48,559 nucleotides of DNA from a virus (taxonomy: Duplodnaviria > Caudoviricetes). The stretch spans positions 1 to 48,559 of the IMG/VR virus record IMGVR_UViG_3300037789_000029; one strand, 5' to 3'. Under the pieces are notes generated by a model. It was not told the DNA's origin. It was given only the letters and a program-made list of their open reading frames with translations, and searched no databases. A program made the position numbers and the translations under genes. Position 1 is the first letter of the stretch, and every line of letters starts with the position of its first letter. Of this stretch, positions 27,401 to 35,382 are shown piece by piece.

Positions 27401-28963
27401 AAGCGGCCGGACCACTATGGAGAGAACGAAACCCCAGGTACTACCAATATGGCGGTGCCGGTGCTGGATTGGCTGGCTGCGCTGACCGATCGTAATTATA
27501 ATATTGCCTCTACTACGCGGTCGCACCCGGATATTCGCAGCCCTGTCACGCTGGATATTTCAGGCGACGGCGCTCCAATGTATCGTATCCGTGATGTGGA
27601 CGACGTGGCCCTGATCCCGCGCAACGTCAGCTATACCGGCACTGCCTTTGCTATTCTGATGAATGGCGCCTCAGATGGGTTCAGGATTAAAGACGGTTTC
27701 GTCCAGACTGAGGCTTTCGCGGTAACGATCAAACCCGCTGCATCCACCGGCGGCTGGGCAGAGAATGGTGTTGTCTCGGGTATGCTGTTGGAGGGGTCGG
27801 CCACCACGGCCAAGACGGCCCTGAGTTTCGACGGTGACACCCGCAACGTCGCAGGCATCGGGAACATCGTCAAAAATTTCCAGCGGTCGGGCGACAGTGG
27901 CGACGGGCTGGCCTTTGCGGTCTCGGGTGATGAGAACGACGTGCCCGTGGCTGACGACGAGAATATCGTGTTTGGCTTTAACGTGGTTGATGGCGTGGCC
28001 GGGCCGATGTTCCACAGCGAGGACAACACCCGCCGGATCGCTTTCACTTTCTCGGTTGGCCGTAACATTGATCGCGCCGTGCAGATCATCAACAACTATG
28101 TCCCGTATCTGCACAACTACATCGGGATCATGGCGGCGGGACCGGCGGACGAGTTTTTCCGTTCAACCGGCACCGGCAGTTCCAAGGACATGAACCTTGC
28201 GTTCAACCTCTGGGATGGCGCGGGGGTCACAGGCGGCGAGGACTATGGTGTCACCCTCGGGCAGGCCGCGACGAAAAACATCAACCTGATCGGGAATATC
28301 TATCATGATGTAGACCAAGCGATTGGTGCCTTTCAATCGAACGCCGAGGGTCCACTTAACTTCATTGCGGAAATCTTTGACACAATCACTGGTCCGTGTA
28401 TTACTCTAGCGGCTGACGCGGTGCAAGCCAACATTGGTAACTGTATCTTCAACGGCGGCACCTATGGCATCGTCGGCTCCAGCACAGCACGGACTAGCCC
28501 GGCTACTCTGCGAGGGATACTGGTACAATCAACCAACCGCTTTGAGGGTGTTGGTACGGATATTATCCAGAAAGCTAACTCGGCCAACATCATCGGGGAT
28601 AAGGCGATCACTTCGCCTGAGTTAGTTTCCAATGCCTCGACTAACGATATACTGTTTGTTGCGAAGCGTCAAGGCTGGATCACCGGGGTTACTGTGGTTC
28701 TTACCTCGGCAGGTGGTGGCGGTACGTCGGACTCTACCTTTACGCTTTATAAGACGAACGGAGGTGGTTCGACTAAGCTGCTGGACGCCACGGTTGATCG
28801 GACAGGTAGCTTGTATGATTTGGATTTCTACGGCTCGGAACATGCGGAGCTAGAAGTTAACAAGTTTGCGGCCGGAGATATTATCCGGGTGGTCTGTGAT
28901 GGGGTGGAGGATGCTGCAACGTCCTTCAAGGTGGAACTTGACTGGTTCGAGTTTGATAATTGA
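24476..28963 (+). CDS. Tail fibre/tailspike: T7 gp17-like anchor, beta-helix regions, inserted SGNH-esterase-like domain
   Basis: N-terminal YLGDGVTTEFPYGF..., WDKLTM.VQ; beta-helix-type repeats; AGSN...QGEANS...DGVNF blocks. Confidence 0.8.
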   Translation: MTKTTTTRTVNYLGDGVTTEFPYGFEIPNSNSILVELENLATQEFTALSASAFSVSGYGVAAGGVVTYTDGVTPLSSDYRIHITRVTERTQTTSLRNQQRWYPEVAEAAWDKLTMAVQDLTEESERSLKVQKRQEAGPVLAGTAGKTLMWGTDGKQVVNGPDAADITQAQGYAEAAAASAATAAGLLAGARHVFNNVAQMVLADDLEAGETVGTVGFSNIFDGGGSEYYLVAAGTYTADGIYYINLTGSNLQAVLVHNGIVNAAQGGVIHGAEVSAALQAVWDGLVVWKDAQAVDTDIMLICSAQATLQNKVVFNRDSDGTRVDGGHLDFTGSYITAVTGGDLSDTNPMFTIRLGGTTRFGILDGAKFAACYDFYGMNGGRTYNPECLHFKGKGMRVRGASGSWELHGPKGREYIQSDAEFSDQANFTAIGLSCEDGDFHVYGENFLYCMDPVQIAENCVGIHLHSGHPTMGNPNFSAGSEPVFMVMLAGSNGGTDASATTGSKTVESGVYSWNGGYDTHGDTWAEAEFGTYPLNEGSDPWVNSPVLHAANAIKTTTGRDVYFMVVMEAGAELENFIKPGINTANGWTASTDFTEYMFPDIRTAAQAIPGRNTLCPDVILVQQGEANSADTAAVYAAKLLAVVEGFKKEDLFHPELTQVTVGGLAPGHAFLATHQTAVTTAAASVDTISYVATTSLTDVGDGVNFTGASLVTLGERHEAAVTLSNSAAGQPPFYNPTLVRSYATRRNFLHGYYLDNGLVHDHTGFLCGVDSTYVNNNRAVLTGPYWRIYATEVDQTEPPGGFVTGMSGLGSVGYVDDLENGYNWAADPFPTHDLFPAMLEGSTLVNSNPREVNLRGPAIEPVVIENALSGTLIYRYQVGAVSIDLEFDPETGEVVSNAGDFRLYKQGSTNRLLVGSGTVGVGEITGEGGKLVIYSGGSAQWESQNDGTWRPITSMTHDLGGTSRWLRAVYDGTGEKRPDHYGENETPGTTNMAVPVLDWLAALTDRNYNIASTTRSHPDIRSPVTLDISGDGAPMYRIRDVDDVALIPRNVSYTGTAFAILMNGASDGFRIKDGFVQTEAFAVTIKPAASTGGWAENGVVSGMLLEGSATTAKTALSFDGDTRNVAGIGNIVKNFQRSGDSGDGLAFAVSGDENDVPVADDENIVFGFNVVDGVAGPMFHSEDNTRRIAFTFSVGRNIDRAVQIINNYVPYLHNYIGIMAAGPADEFFRSTGTGSSKDMNLAFNLWDGAGVTGGEDYGVTLGQAATKNINLIGNIYHDVDQAIGAFQSNAEGPLNFIAEIFDTITGPCITLAADAVQANIGNCIFNGGTYGIVGSSTARTSPATLRGILVQSTNRFEGVGTDIIQKANSANIIGDKAITSPELVSNASTNDILFVAKRQGWITGVTVVLTSAGGGGTSDSTFTLYKTNGGGSTKLLDATVDRTGSLYDLDFYGSEHAELEVNKFAAGDIIRVVCDGVEDAATSFKVELDWFEFDN

Positions 28964-28974
28964 GGAAATCTGAC

Positions 28975-29700
28975 ATGAGCAAAAAGGAACGTGGGTTGGA
29001 ATTTCTGACAAGGCTGATTCCCGTTATCGTAGGGATCAGTGGTATATGTTCATTGATCTGGTTTATAGCTGCGCCACATGCGAAAAACTGGGTGCTGGCT
29101 ATACTCGAAGATAGCAATAAAACCATGTCGGAAAATATCGCGGCAAATACTCGGTCGATAAATGAATTCCGAAACGCACTGACGCAAAGCGCAAAGGCGC
29201 AAGTTACGACTGCGGAAACCCTGGCACAAGTCAGTGCTGCTCAGAAAAGCATATCGGAAACTATGGCCTCGACTGCGGAACGGATACGAAAGTTAGAACT
29301 CAGTCGGGAAGCGGATGCCTCGCCGGTATTGGAGTTTACGCTTTACGGGAGTACGATTGAGGACGGACCGCCCGGTGGTACGATTGAGGTGGTTTGGTCT
29401 TTTATCAAACTGCGTGATGGTTGTGGTAAGCCGGAAGTTGAGCTGTTCTTCCGCAATGGCGGGGGGCGGTTGCATCGGTTTACTAACGTATCGGTGCTGG
29501 ATGATAACGGACGGGGTGTGGGGCTAGATGCGCGACCTCGGCCACAATCGCTGAAATATACTGTGCAAATACCTGCAGATGATGGAGTACTGCCGGGGCA
29601 TGGATTAGGCTGGAATAGGATAACCTACCCAGATTGTCCTAGTGTACCCCCGGCAATTTCGCCTGAAATACCATTTACAATTCTGGAAAGGGAAAACTGA
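28975..29700 (+). CDS. Membrane-anchored coiled-coil protein upstream of the endolysin (~241 aa)
   Basis: GAGGA RBS; one N-terminal TM helix, coiled coil, beta-rich C-terminal domain with 2 Cys. Confidence 0.6.
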   Translation: MSKKERGLEFLTRLIPVIVGISGICSLIWFIAAPHAKNWVLAILEDSNKTMSENIAANTRSINEFRNALTQSAKAQVTTAETLAQVSAAQKSISETMASTAERIRKLELSREADASPVLEFTLYGSTIEDGPPGGTIEVVWSFIKLRDGCGKPEVELFFRNGGGRLHRFTNVSVLDDNGRGVGLDARPRPQSLKYTVQIPADDGVLPGHGLGWNRITYPDCPSVPPAISPEIPFTILEREN

Positions 29701-30344
29701 TGAATACAAGAGCGGAAGTCTGTATCCCGAGGATACTAAAGCATGAGGGCGGTTATGTAAATAACCCGAATGACAAAGGTGGGCCGACAAATAAAGGGAT
29801 CACCCTGGCCACGTTCCGTCGGTACATCAAGCCTGATGGGGGTATTGAGGATTTAAAGAATCTTCGGACGGAACAGGCGGTTGTGGTTTACAAGCGGCAG
29901 TACTGGGATGCGGTGCTGGCGGATATGCTGCCGCTTGGGCTGGATTATACTGTGGCTGATTTCGCGGTTAATTCAGGTCCGAGCCGATCGGCAAAGTTCC
30001 TGCAAAAGATTGTGGGAGTTAAGCAAGACGGGAAGATCGGGCCAAAGACACTGGCAGCGGTACGCGCCCGCAATGCGGTGAACTTGATTAATGAGCTGAA
30101 TCAGGATCGGATGGAATTCCTGATGGGCCTGAAAGATTGGGAACACTTTGGCAGGGGCTGGCAGCGTCGGGTGAACGAGGTTAATGAGACTTCGCTGGAA
30201 GATGCTGACAGTTTTGTGCGCCCGGATATGGGACAGATCGAGGAAAAGGAAACCAAGAAAACTGGAAACACTTCGCTCATTGCAGCAGTTGCCGCTGGCA
30301 TTGGCGCGTTGATTGCGTGGCTTTGGGATAAGATAGGAGGCTGA
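29700..30344 (+). CDS. Endolysin, GH108 + peptidoglycan-binding domain + C-terminal hydrophobic helix
   Basis: HEGGYVNNPNDKGGPTNKGIT, D.AVNSG, QDGKIGPKT, FGRGWQRRV. Confidence 0.92.
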   Translation: MNTRAEVCIPRILKHEGGYVNNPNDKGGPTNKGITLATFRRYIKPDGGIEDLKNLRTEQAVVVYKRQYWDAVLADMLPLGLDYTVADFAVNSGPSRSAKFLQKIVGVKQDGKIGPKTLAAVRARNAVNLINELNQDRMEFLMGLKDWEHFGRGWQRRVNEVNETSLEDADSFVRPDMGQIEEKETKKTGNTSLIAAVAAGIGALIAWLWDKIGG

Positions 30345-30345
30345 T

Positions 30346-30567
30346 ATGAAGGTAGCAAAATGGACGCCGTTTGTGCGGTATGGATTGATGATCCTCGCCG
30401 GTTGGCTTGTGCGGGGCGGGTGGATGCCGGAGGATGTGGCGCGGGATATGGCGGTCGATCCGCTTGTCCTCGAGGCCGTGTCGGGCGCTATCGTGGCGCT
30501 TGGGGCGCTTGCGTGGTATTTGTATAGCGCCGGGCGCAAGGCCATCCTCGCATGGTTGGCGTCATGA
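30346..30567 (+). CDS. Putative holin (2 TM)
   Basis: 73 aa, two hydrophobic helices, directly after the endolysin. Confidence 0.65.
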   Translation: MKVAKWTPFVRYGLMILAGWLVRGGWMPEDVARDMAVDPLVLEAVSGAIVALGALAWYLYSAGRKAILAWLAS

Positions 30568-30926
30568 TCCGGGCCATCCTTGGCCTATTCACCAATGGCC
30601 TCGCGGAGCAAATTCGCGGGGCTAGGCAAGATTGGCTGAATGCGCAAACGAACGAGGCGAGGATTGCGGCCGAGGTTCGAATGAAAGAACTGGAAGCGGA
30701 GCAAGCTAACCGGGCGCTGGGTGGAAGAATAACTTCCTATGTTCAGGCGCTTTGGGTTATGCCGTTTATTATATACAATTGCAAACTGGTTATTTGGGAT
30801 AAGGTGTTTGCGCTGGGCAGTACGGACCCATTGTCCGTTGAACTGCTCCAGCTTCAAACCACTATGGTTATGTTTTATTTCGGCGGAGCCACGTTTATCC
30901 AAGCGGTGAAGCTGGTTAAACGCTAG
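30564..30926 (+). CDS. Putative holin-like membrane protein (GTA 3TM-holin-like)
   Basis: ATGA overlap; TM segments ending in FYFGG. Confidence 0.55.
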   Translation: MIRAILGLFTNGLAEQIRGARQDWLNAQTNEARIAAEVRMKELEAEQANRALGGRITSYVQALWVMPFIIYNCKLVIWDKVFALGSTDPLSVELLQLQTTMVMFYFGGATFIQAVKLVKR

Positions 30927-32125
30927 ACTCCTTTCTCCATTGGGATATAGCAGACCCCGATTTTGTTGACCTGCTTTTCCTTTAGGAGCCCTGCCTTTAC
31001 CATGATGCCAATGATGTGCTCGACCGCGTGTGCGGGTACTCGTTCCTGAAGAAACCTAAAGACCCGTGCGGCAGGTACAGGGTCTTTATCTTTACTCGTG
31101 GTGTAGGTTTTGTACACAAAGTACCATGTCTCCTCGATGGCTTTGCTATCCCCTCCCATTGACATTGATTTGAAAATATCTGGGATGAAGTGCTCGACTT
31201 CGATGAGCCAGTCAAGGGCGAGTTGGACATGATCTATCTCGATTACCTTCTTGCTGGATGTTGCAGCTGCGGCGACCATGCAGAGTTTAAGCAAGTGCTG
31301 GGTGCGCCGGGTTAGGTAGTGGTGGAGTTTAGGGTGCTCAGGTGTTGGTGGGCCGTTCTCCATATGCCATTTTGTTATCATGGCTTTTGACTCGTCGGTG
31401 AATTTGTACTCCCCATAGGCCTCGCCAATTTTCTTTAGATCGGAACGCAGGTCTTTGTCGTTGATATCGGAATTGCGGGTATCCGCGAAAGGATCGACGA
31501 GAGTGCGGACGCCGGAATAGACCAGCATAGTCCTGGACAAGAAGCCTTGATCCCATGCGCCCTCGGGTAGGATATTGTTGAGGTAGCTGGGAGTGGTGGC
31601 GGCGAGTAGGTGGAACTGCGGGGCGTTGAGGTTGAACTGGAGGTCTTTGGTTCTCCTTCTCTCGGAATAGCCATGGCCGTCGTATATGTCTGTAAGGACG
31701 TTCATGAACTCGTTGTCATAGGCTGGGATGAGTACCCCAAGCTCGTTCGCCGCAACTTTGAGGGAGTTGAAGCGGACGATCGAGGGGTCCTCACCTGGGC
31801 GCATGATTTCCCTAGTAGCATCGCGAAGGTCGTCGATTAGGCTGGCTTTACTTACCGATGAATTAGCCACATGCTGGCCTTCGAGCTCAAGCCACATATT
31901 GCGGACAAGGGAGGATACAACTGTCTTGCCGACACCTGGAGGGGCGACGAGAATGATATACATACTCGGATAGAGTTTGCTCCCCATTGTCCTGATCCAG
32001 CACTTCCTCTCCATTGCCCCTGCGACTGCGGATATTGCGCACCATTTTTTGAATAGGTCTGGCGATGGGAGGTCCTTAGTATAGGACATGAACCCATCAA
32101 TCCAGTTGTCCAGTTTTCTTGTCAT
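30923..32125 (-). CDS. DUF3987-like P-loop NTPase, putative replicative helicase
   Basis: YIILVAPPGVGKT Walker A, ANELG, LTDIYDG, GFLSR arginine finger; adjacent to the polymerase. Confidence 0.7.
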   Translation of the reverse strand: MTRKLDNWIDGFMSYTKDLPSPDLFKKWCAISAVAGAMERKCWIRTMGSKLYPSMYIILVAPPGVGKTVVSSLVRNMWLELEGQHVANSSVSKASLIDDLRDATREIMRPGEDPSIVRFNSLKVAANELGVLIPAYDNEFMNVLTDIYDGHGYSERRRTKDLQFNLNAPQFHLLAATTPSYLNNILPEGAWDQGFLSRTMLVYSGVRTLVDPFADTRNSDINDKDLRSDLKKIGEAYGEYKFTDESKAMITKWHMENGPPTPEHPKLHHYLTRRTQHLLKLCMVAAAATSSKKVIEIDHVQLALDWLIEVEHFIPDIFKSMSMGGDSKAIEETWYFVYKTYTTSKDKDPVPAARVFRFLQERVPAHAVEHIIGIMVKAGLLKEKQVNKIGVCYIPMEKGV

Positions 32126-33666
32126 TACATATCCAGTAGTCCGACCCGCTTTTTCATCGGGATTAAGGGAGGGCGGCGGGTTTCCTCGCCCTTGAAGGTG
32201 GTGAGGCCATAGGGATTGTCCTCGGATTTATAACCCCAGTTGTAGCCGGTCTGGGCCTCGAGGGGTACGTAAAATTCCCGACCTTTCTTGAGGATGAGGA
32301 CTGCTTTCATTAACTCCAAGGCGCGGGGTACGAGTTCGTTTACCTGATCGCGCGGGACTTGGAATAGAATGGAGTCATGGACCTGGACCATTAGCTCAAA
32401 CACAGGGTCCGCGAAAAGATTAAGGATACCTCGGTTGATTTCTTCTCCGGTCATTCCTTGAGGGGAATAAGCGATGGCGGCGTTGAGGGTTGACTGCGCG
32501 GTAACATCGTCGAAGAAGGTTCTCCGACGCCCGAACAGATGTGTGAGGACTCGCTTGGTTTGAACCTCATTGATCGTCCATTTGTGCCATTCAGGAATGC
32601 ACGGGAAGGCTCCGAAGTAACGAGACTGGAAGCCAGCTATTTCCACCACAGGTAGCTTTGTATGCATCGCCATAGTGGGAGGCTGGCCATAGTAGTTACT
32701 ACCGTGGCCGAGCTTCTTACTCATATCTCGGTAAGAATAAGTGCGATACGCAATAGCGTCTGCGACATTTCTGAAACCATTAGGATCATCCCCCCAAGGG
32801 AGATCAGTCCAAGCCATGCGGCAAACTGTGGTGTGCAGATCACCGGACTCACATGCGTCCAGGTACGAACCAGCAAATTCTTCGCCGTGCGAGTCCACGA
32901 ACAAATCCCAGCAAAGAGCTCCGACGTTGCGGGAGTCGGCTTGCTCAAGGTCGATGTTGACGAAGATTTTTCCTGGGTCGGCGACGAAGATATAACGGAG
33001 GTTTTTGTCAACATTTTGCAGATTTGTTCCTGTTCCGAAGTCGGAAAAAGATGAATTAAGTCTGCCGGTTTTAGTACCAGCGAGGGAGAAACTACAGCGA
33101 ATTCTCCCGTCGGTGTCAGCTGGAGTTTTAAGGAAGCCAAGTGTTTTACGTTTGTCTCGAATTGCGAGAATGTACGAAACGAAAGGCTGAGCGATAAAAT
33201 ATTGGTTGAGTTTCTCGAGAGTGTCGCGGTCACTTGCACGGGCAAAGACGCCGTTGCTGTTTCGCTTTTTGATTTCTTTGAGTCCGAGGATGTCATAGAA
33301 TAGCTCCTTTACCTGGACGTGGGAACCTGGGTTAATCATGGCAGATGTGCCGAGACCGTCGACACAAAGCTGGGTGAAGTCGGACTCAAGTTCTTCGAGT
33401 TCAGCCTCAGCTGTTTTGATTGCATCGCGGCGGTTGTTCTCGTCGACTCGGATGCCGCGTAGCATCATGTCCATGATCGGGGCTTGCATACGGATGGTAT
33501 GCTCGTACATAGGGCGGGTTACTTCATCCAGCTGGGCGAGAAGTTTGTGGCGAATTTCCTCGGTGATGCAGCTGTCCATGCCGGAATAGAACCAATAGGC
33601 CTCGTCCGGGGAAAGGGATAGGAGTTGGTCCTCGCGGATATAGTTGTGGGTATCAAGGATTTGCAT
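32125..33666 (-). CDS. polA: Family A DNA polymerase (polymerase domain plus ExoIII motif only)
   Basis: TGRLNSS, NLQN, motif A DLEQADSR, motif B RDMSKKLGHGSNY, motif C VHDS; N-terminal YSGMD. Confidence 0.92.
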   Translation of the reverse strand: MQILDTHNYIREDQLLSLSPDEAYWFYSGMDSCITEEIRHKLLAQLDEVTRPMYEHTIRMQAPIMDMMLRGIRVDENNRRDAIKTAEAELEELESDFTQLCVDGLGTSAMINPGSHVQVKELFYDILGLKEIKKRNSNGVFARASDRDTLEKLNQYFIAQPFVSYILAIRDKRKTLGFLKTPADTDGRIRCSFSLAGTKTGRLNSSFSDFGTGTNLQNVDKNLRYIFVADPGKIFVNIDLEQADSRNVGALCWDLFVDSHGEEFAGSYLDACESGDLHTTVCRMAWTDLPWGDDPNGFRNVADAIAYRTYSYRDMSKKLGHGSNYYGQPPTMAMHTKLPVVEIAGFQSRYFGAFPCIPEWHKWTINEVQTKRVLTHLFGRRRTFFDDVTAQSTLNAAIAYSPQGMTGEEINRGILNLFADPVFELMVQVHDSILFQVPRDQVNELVPRALELMKAVLILKKGREFYVPLEAQTGYNWGYKSEDNPYGLTTFKGEETRRPPLIPMKKRVGLLDM

Positions 33667-34019
33667 CAGCGAGGTTCTCCAAGAATTGGTAAGCCTTTCT
33701 CGTCGAAGTACTCAACGGGGATGCCGAGTTGCTGGGCGAGGGAAATTTCCATACGGACGCCGATGGAGTCCTTCCAGCCTGAGAGGCAACCGACGAACAT
33801 CCTGTCCGCGCGGCGGATCATGGCTTGGTTGTACTCTTTCCAGAAGGCGGCGTCGGAGCCGAGGTCTGCAATGGGGACGAGTTCATGGCAGTGGCAGATG
33901 GGAGAAAAGACATGATGGCCTCGGGCGATAAGCCAAGCGGTTAGATACTGCGCTTTGCGGTAGCGGCCTTGTACAATGTCCGGGTCTGGATGGGAATAGG
34001 GTGTGGCGAGGTAGATCAT
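33666..34019 (-). CDS. DUF1937 / nucleoside 2-deoxyribosyltransferase-like protein
   Basis: IYLATPYSHPD, VFSPI.H.H, GW..S.GV..EI..A. Confidence 0.75.
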   Translation of the reverse strand: MIYLATPYSHPDPDIVQGRYRKAQYLTAWLIARGHHVFSPICHCHELVPIADLGSDAAFWKEYNQAMIRRADRMFVGCLSGWKDSIGVRMEISLAQQLGIPVEYFDEKGLPILGEPR

Positions 34020-34318
34020 CTTGTAACTCCCATGGGCATGATGTCGGGCCAGCCGAATGCTTTGGCAATGTCAACCTCAGGGATGAAGGCGAAATATTCC
34101 GCTGGCATTTGTAGATCGTGAAGGGCAGAAGCGAGGTGCATGGCGATTGCTGATTTAGCAAAACCTTTCTTGTCGCCGGAGGCGAGGAACATTTTATTCG
34201 ACACGATCACGTCGAGAGTGAACTGGCCGATTTCTTTTGTTTCACTCTCGTGGTCCTGGACGGGGCGGGATATGAGGACGCCGATCTTGCGACGATTGGA
34301 TGCTGGGTTGTGGGTCAT
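34016..34318 (-). CDS. Hypothetical protein (100 aa)
   Basis: ATGA overlaps with both neighbours. Confidence 0.65.
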   Translation of the reverse strand: MTHNPASNRRKIGVLISRPVQDHESETKEIGQFTLDVIVSNKMFLASGDKKGFAKSAIAMHLASALHDLQMPAEYFAFIPEVDIAKAFGWPDIMPMGVTR

Positions 34319-35379
34319 TCATCATCTCCCTTCTTGGCTGTCTTATCTGTCTTGCTCACTTTGTGCATACCTTTCCACTGGTTCTCATCGGTGTACACCG
34401 AGGCGAGGAAGCCGAGGCCTTTCTTTAATTCAGGCTGAAGGACATGATGCAGTAACATAGTGTCGTCGGAAAAGTCTGGGTTAGGGATACCCATTGAGAC
34501 GAGTTCATGCTGCATGTCGAATTGATAGTTTTGCCCGGCAACGCGCTTTCCAGAAGATAGCACCTTTTTGCAAAATTGCCAAGCCTTTACTTCAGATATT
34601 TGATCCGGCCAATAGTTTCCGTCAGGGGAGGACTCGCAATAGAAGGGTACGATCAAGGCGCGGTCCTCGCTGGGCGCGAAGGATATGCAGGTGATTACAT
34701 CTCCTTTGGTCTCGATGTCAGAGGAAAGCCAAGGGCTGGGAAGGATGTAGGTTTGGTAGAAATCTTCCAGGTCGTCCAGCGTGGGTTTGATGTGAAGGTA
34801 TCTGAGGGGTCGCGTAAGCGTCGGGGAAACTGCTTCCCGCGCAGCTTTTTTAAGATCTGCCTGTTGGATAAATTCGTTTGCGAGGTTTCCTCGGATTGAT
34901 TGGGTTGGGTAGACTGGGAGGACTTTGCGCCCTTCGATTGCGGAGTTGCCCTCGGTGGTTCGTCCGCGTGCTGAGTCAATGGAGTTCTCCCCGGTTGCGC
35001 AGGCCCAAAGGGGAATGTCCCCGCAGGCGATGATGAGGTTTGGGTTGTGGTGGTTTATCTGAGCCCAAAGGCGAAGGAGTTCGGGGTGGTACTGCTTGCG
35101 GAGGTACATGCCTTTCTTGACTGGCTTGAGATGGGGGACTCCCTCGGTTTTCTTGCCGAAGAAACTATCGACGCTGAAGTAACCCTCGGGTTCGTTGAGG
35201 AACACGTTGGTGAAGAAGCAGTCCTCAGGGTCGATACCTGCTTTGCGCAGCGCCTGCTTAAATGACCATGCGTTACCGTCGGTCCAGACTCCATCGCCGC
35301 CATATTCTTTCTTAGACATGAACGCGCCAACAACGACAACCGAGTGCCGTATGGGTCGTTCGCCGTGTGAACAAGCCAT
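34315..35379 (-). CDS. Uracil-DNA-glycosylase-like domain fused to partial 3'-5' exonuclease (N-terminal half of the polymerase)
   Basis: UDG-fold elements (AGID..CFFTNV, PNLIIACG, KVLPVYP) followed by ExoI SDIET, ExoII GQNYQFD and DDTMLLHH. Confidence 0.8.
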   Translation of the reverse strand: MACSHGERPIRHSVVVVGAFMSKKEYGGDGVWTDGNAWSFKQALRKAGIDPEDCFFTNVFLNEPEGYFSVDSFFGKKTEGVPHLKPVKKGMYLRKQYHPELLRLWAQINHHNPNLIIACGDIPLWACATGENSIDSARGRTTEGNSAIEGRKVLPVYPTQSIRGNLANEFIQQADLKKAAREAVSPTLTRPLRYLHIKPTLDDLEDFYQTYILPSPWLSSDIETKGDVITCISFAPSEDRALIVPFYCESSPDGNYWPDQISEVKAWQFCKKVLSSGKRVAGQNYQFDMQHELVSMGIPNPDFSDDTMLLHHVLQPELKKGLGFLASVYTDENQWKGMHKVSKTDKTAKKGDDE

Positions 35380-35382
35380 ACC
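35348..35382 (-). promoter_or_regulatory. 35-bp palindromic motif, copy 4, overlapping the UDG-exonuclease start codon
   Basis: Minus: GGTATGG-ctt-GTTCAC-acg-GCGAAC-gac-CCATACG. Confidence 0.75.

Noticed and set aside
24476-30926. Diversity-generating retroelement, expected from the BPP-1-like structural genes
   Set aside because: No reverse transcriptase (YxDD) ORF and no TR/VR pair differing at adenines were seen.
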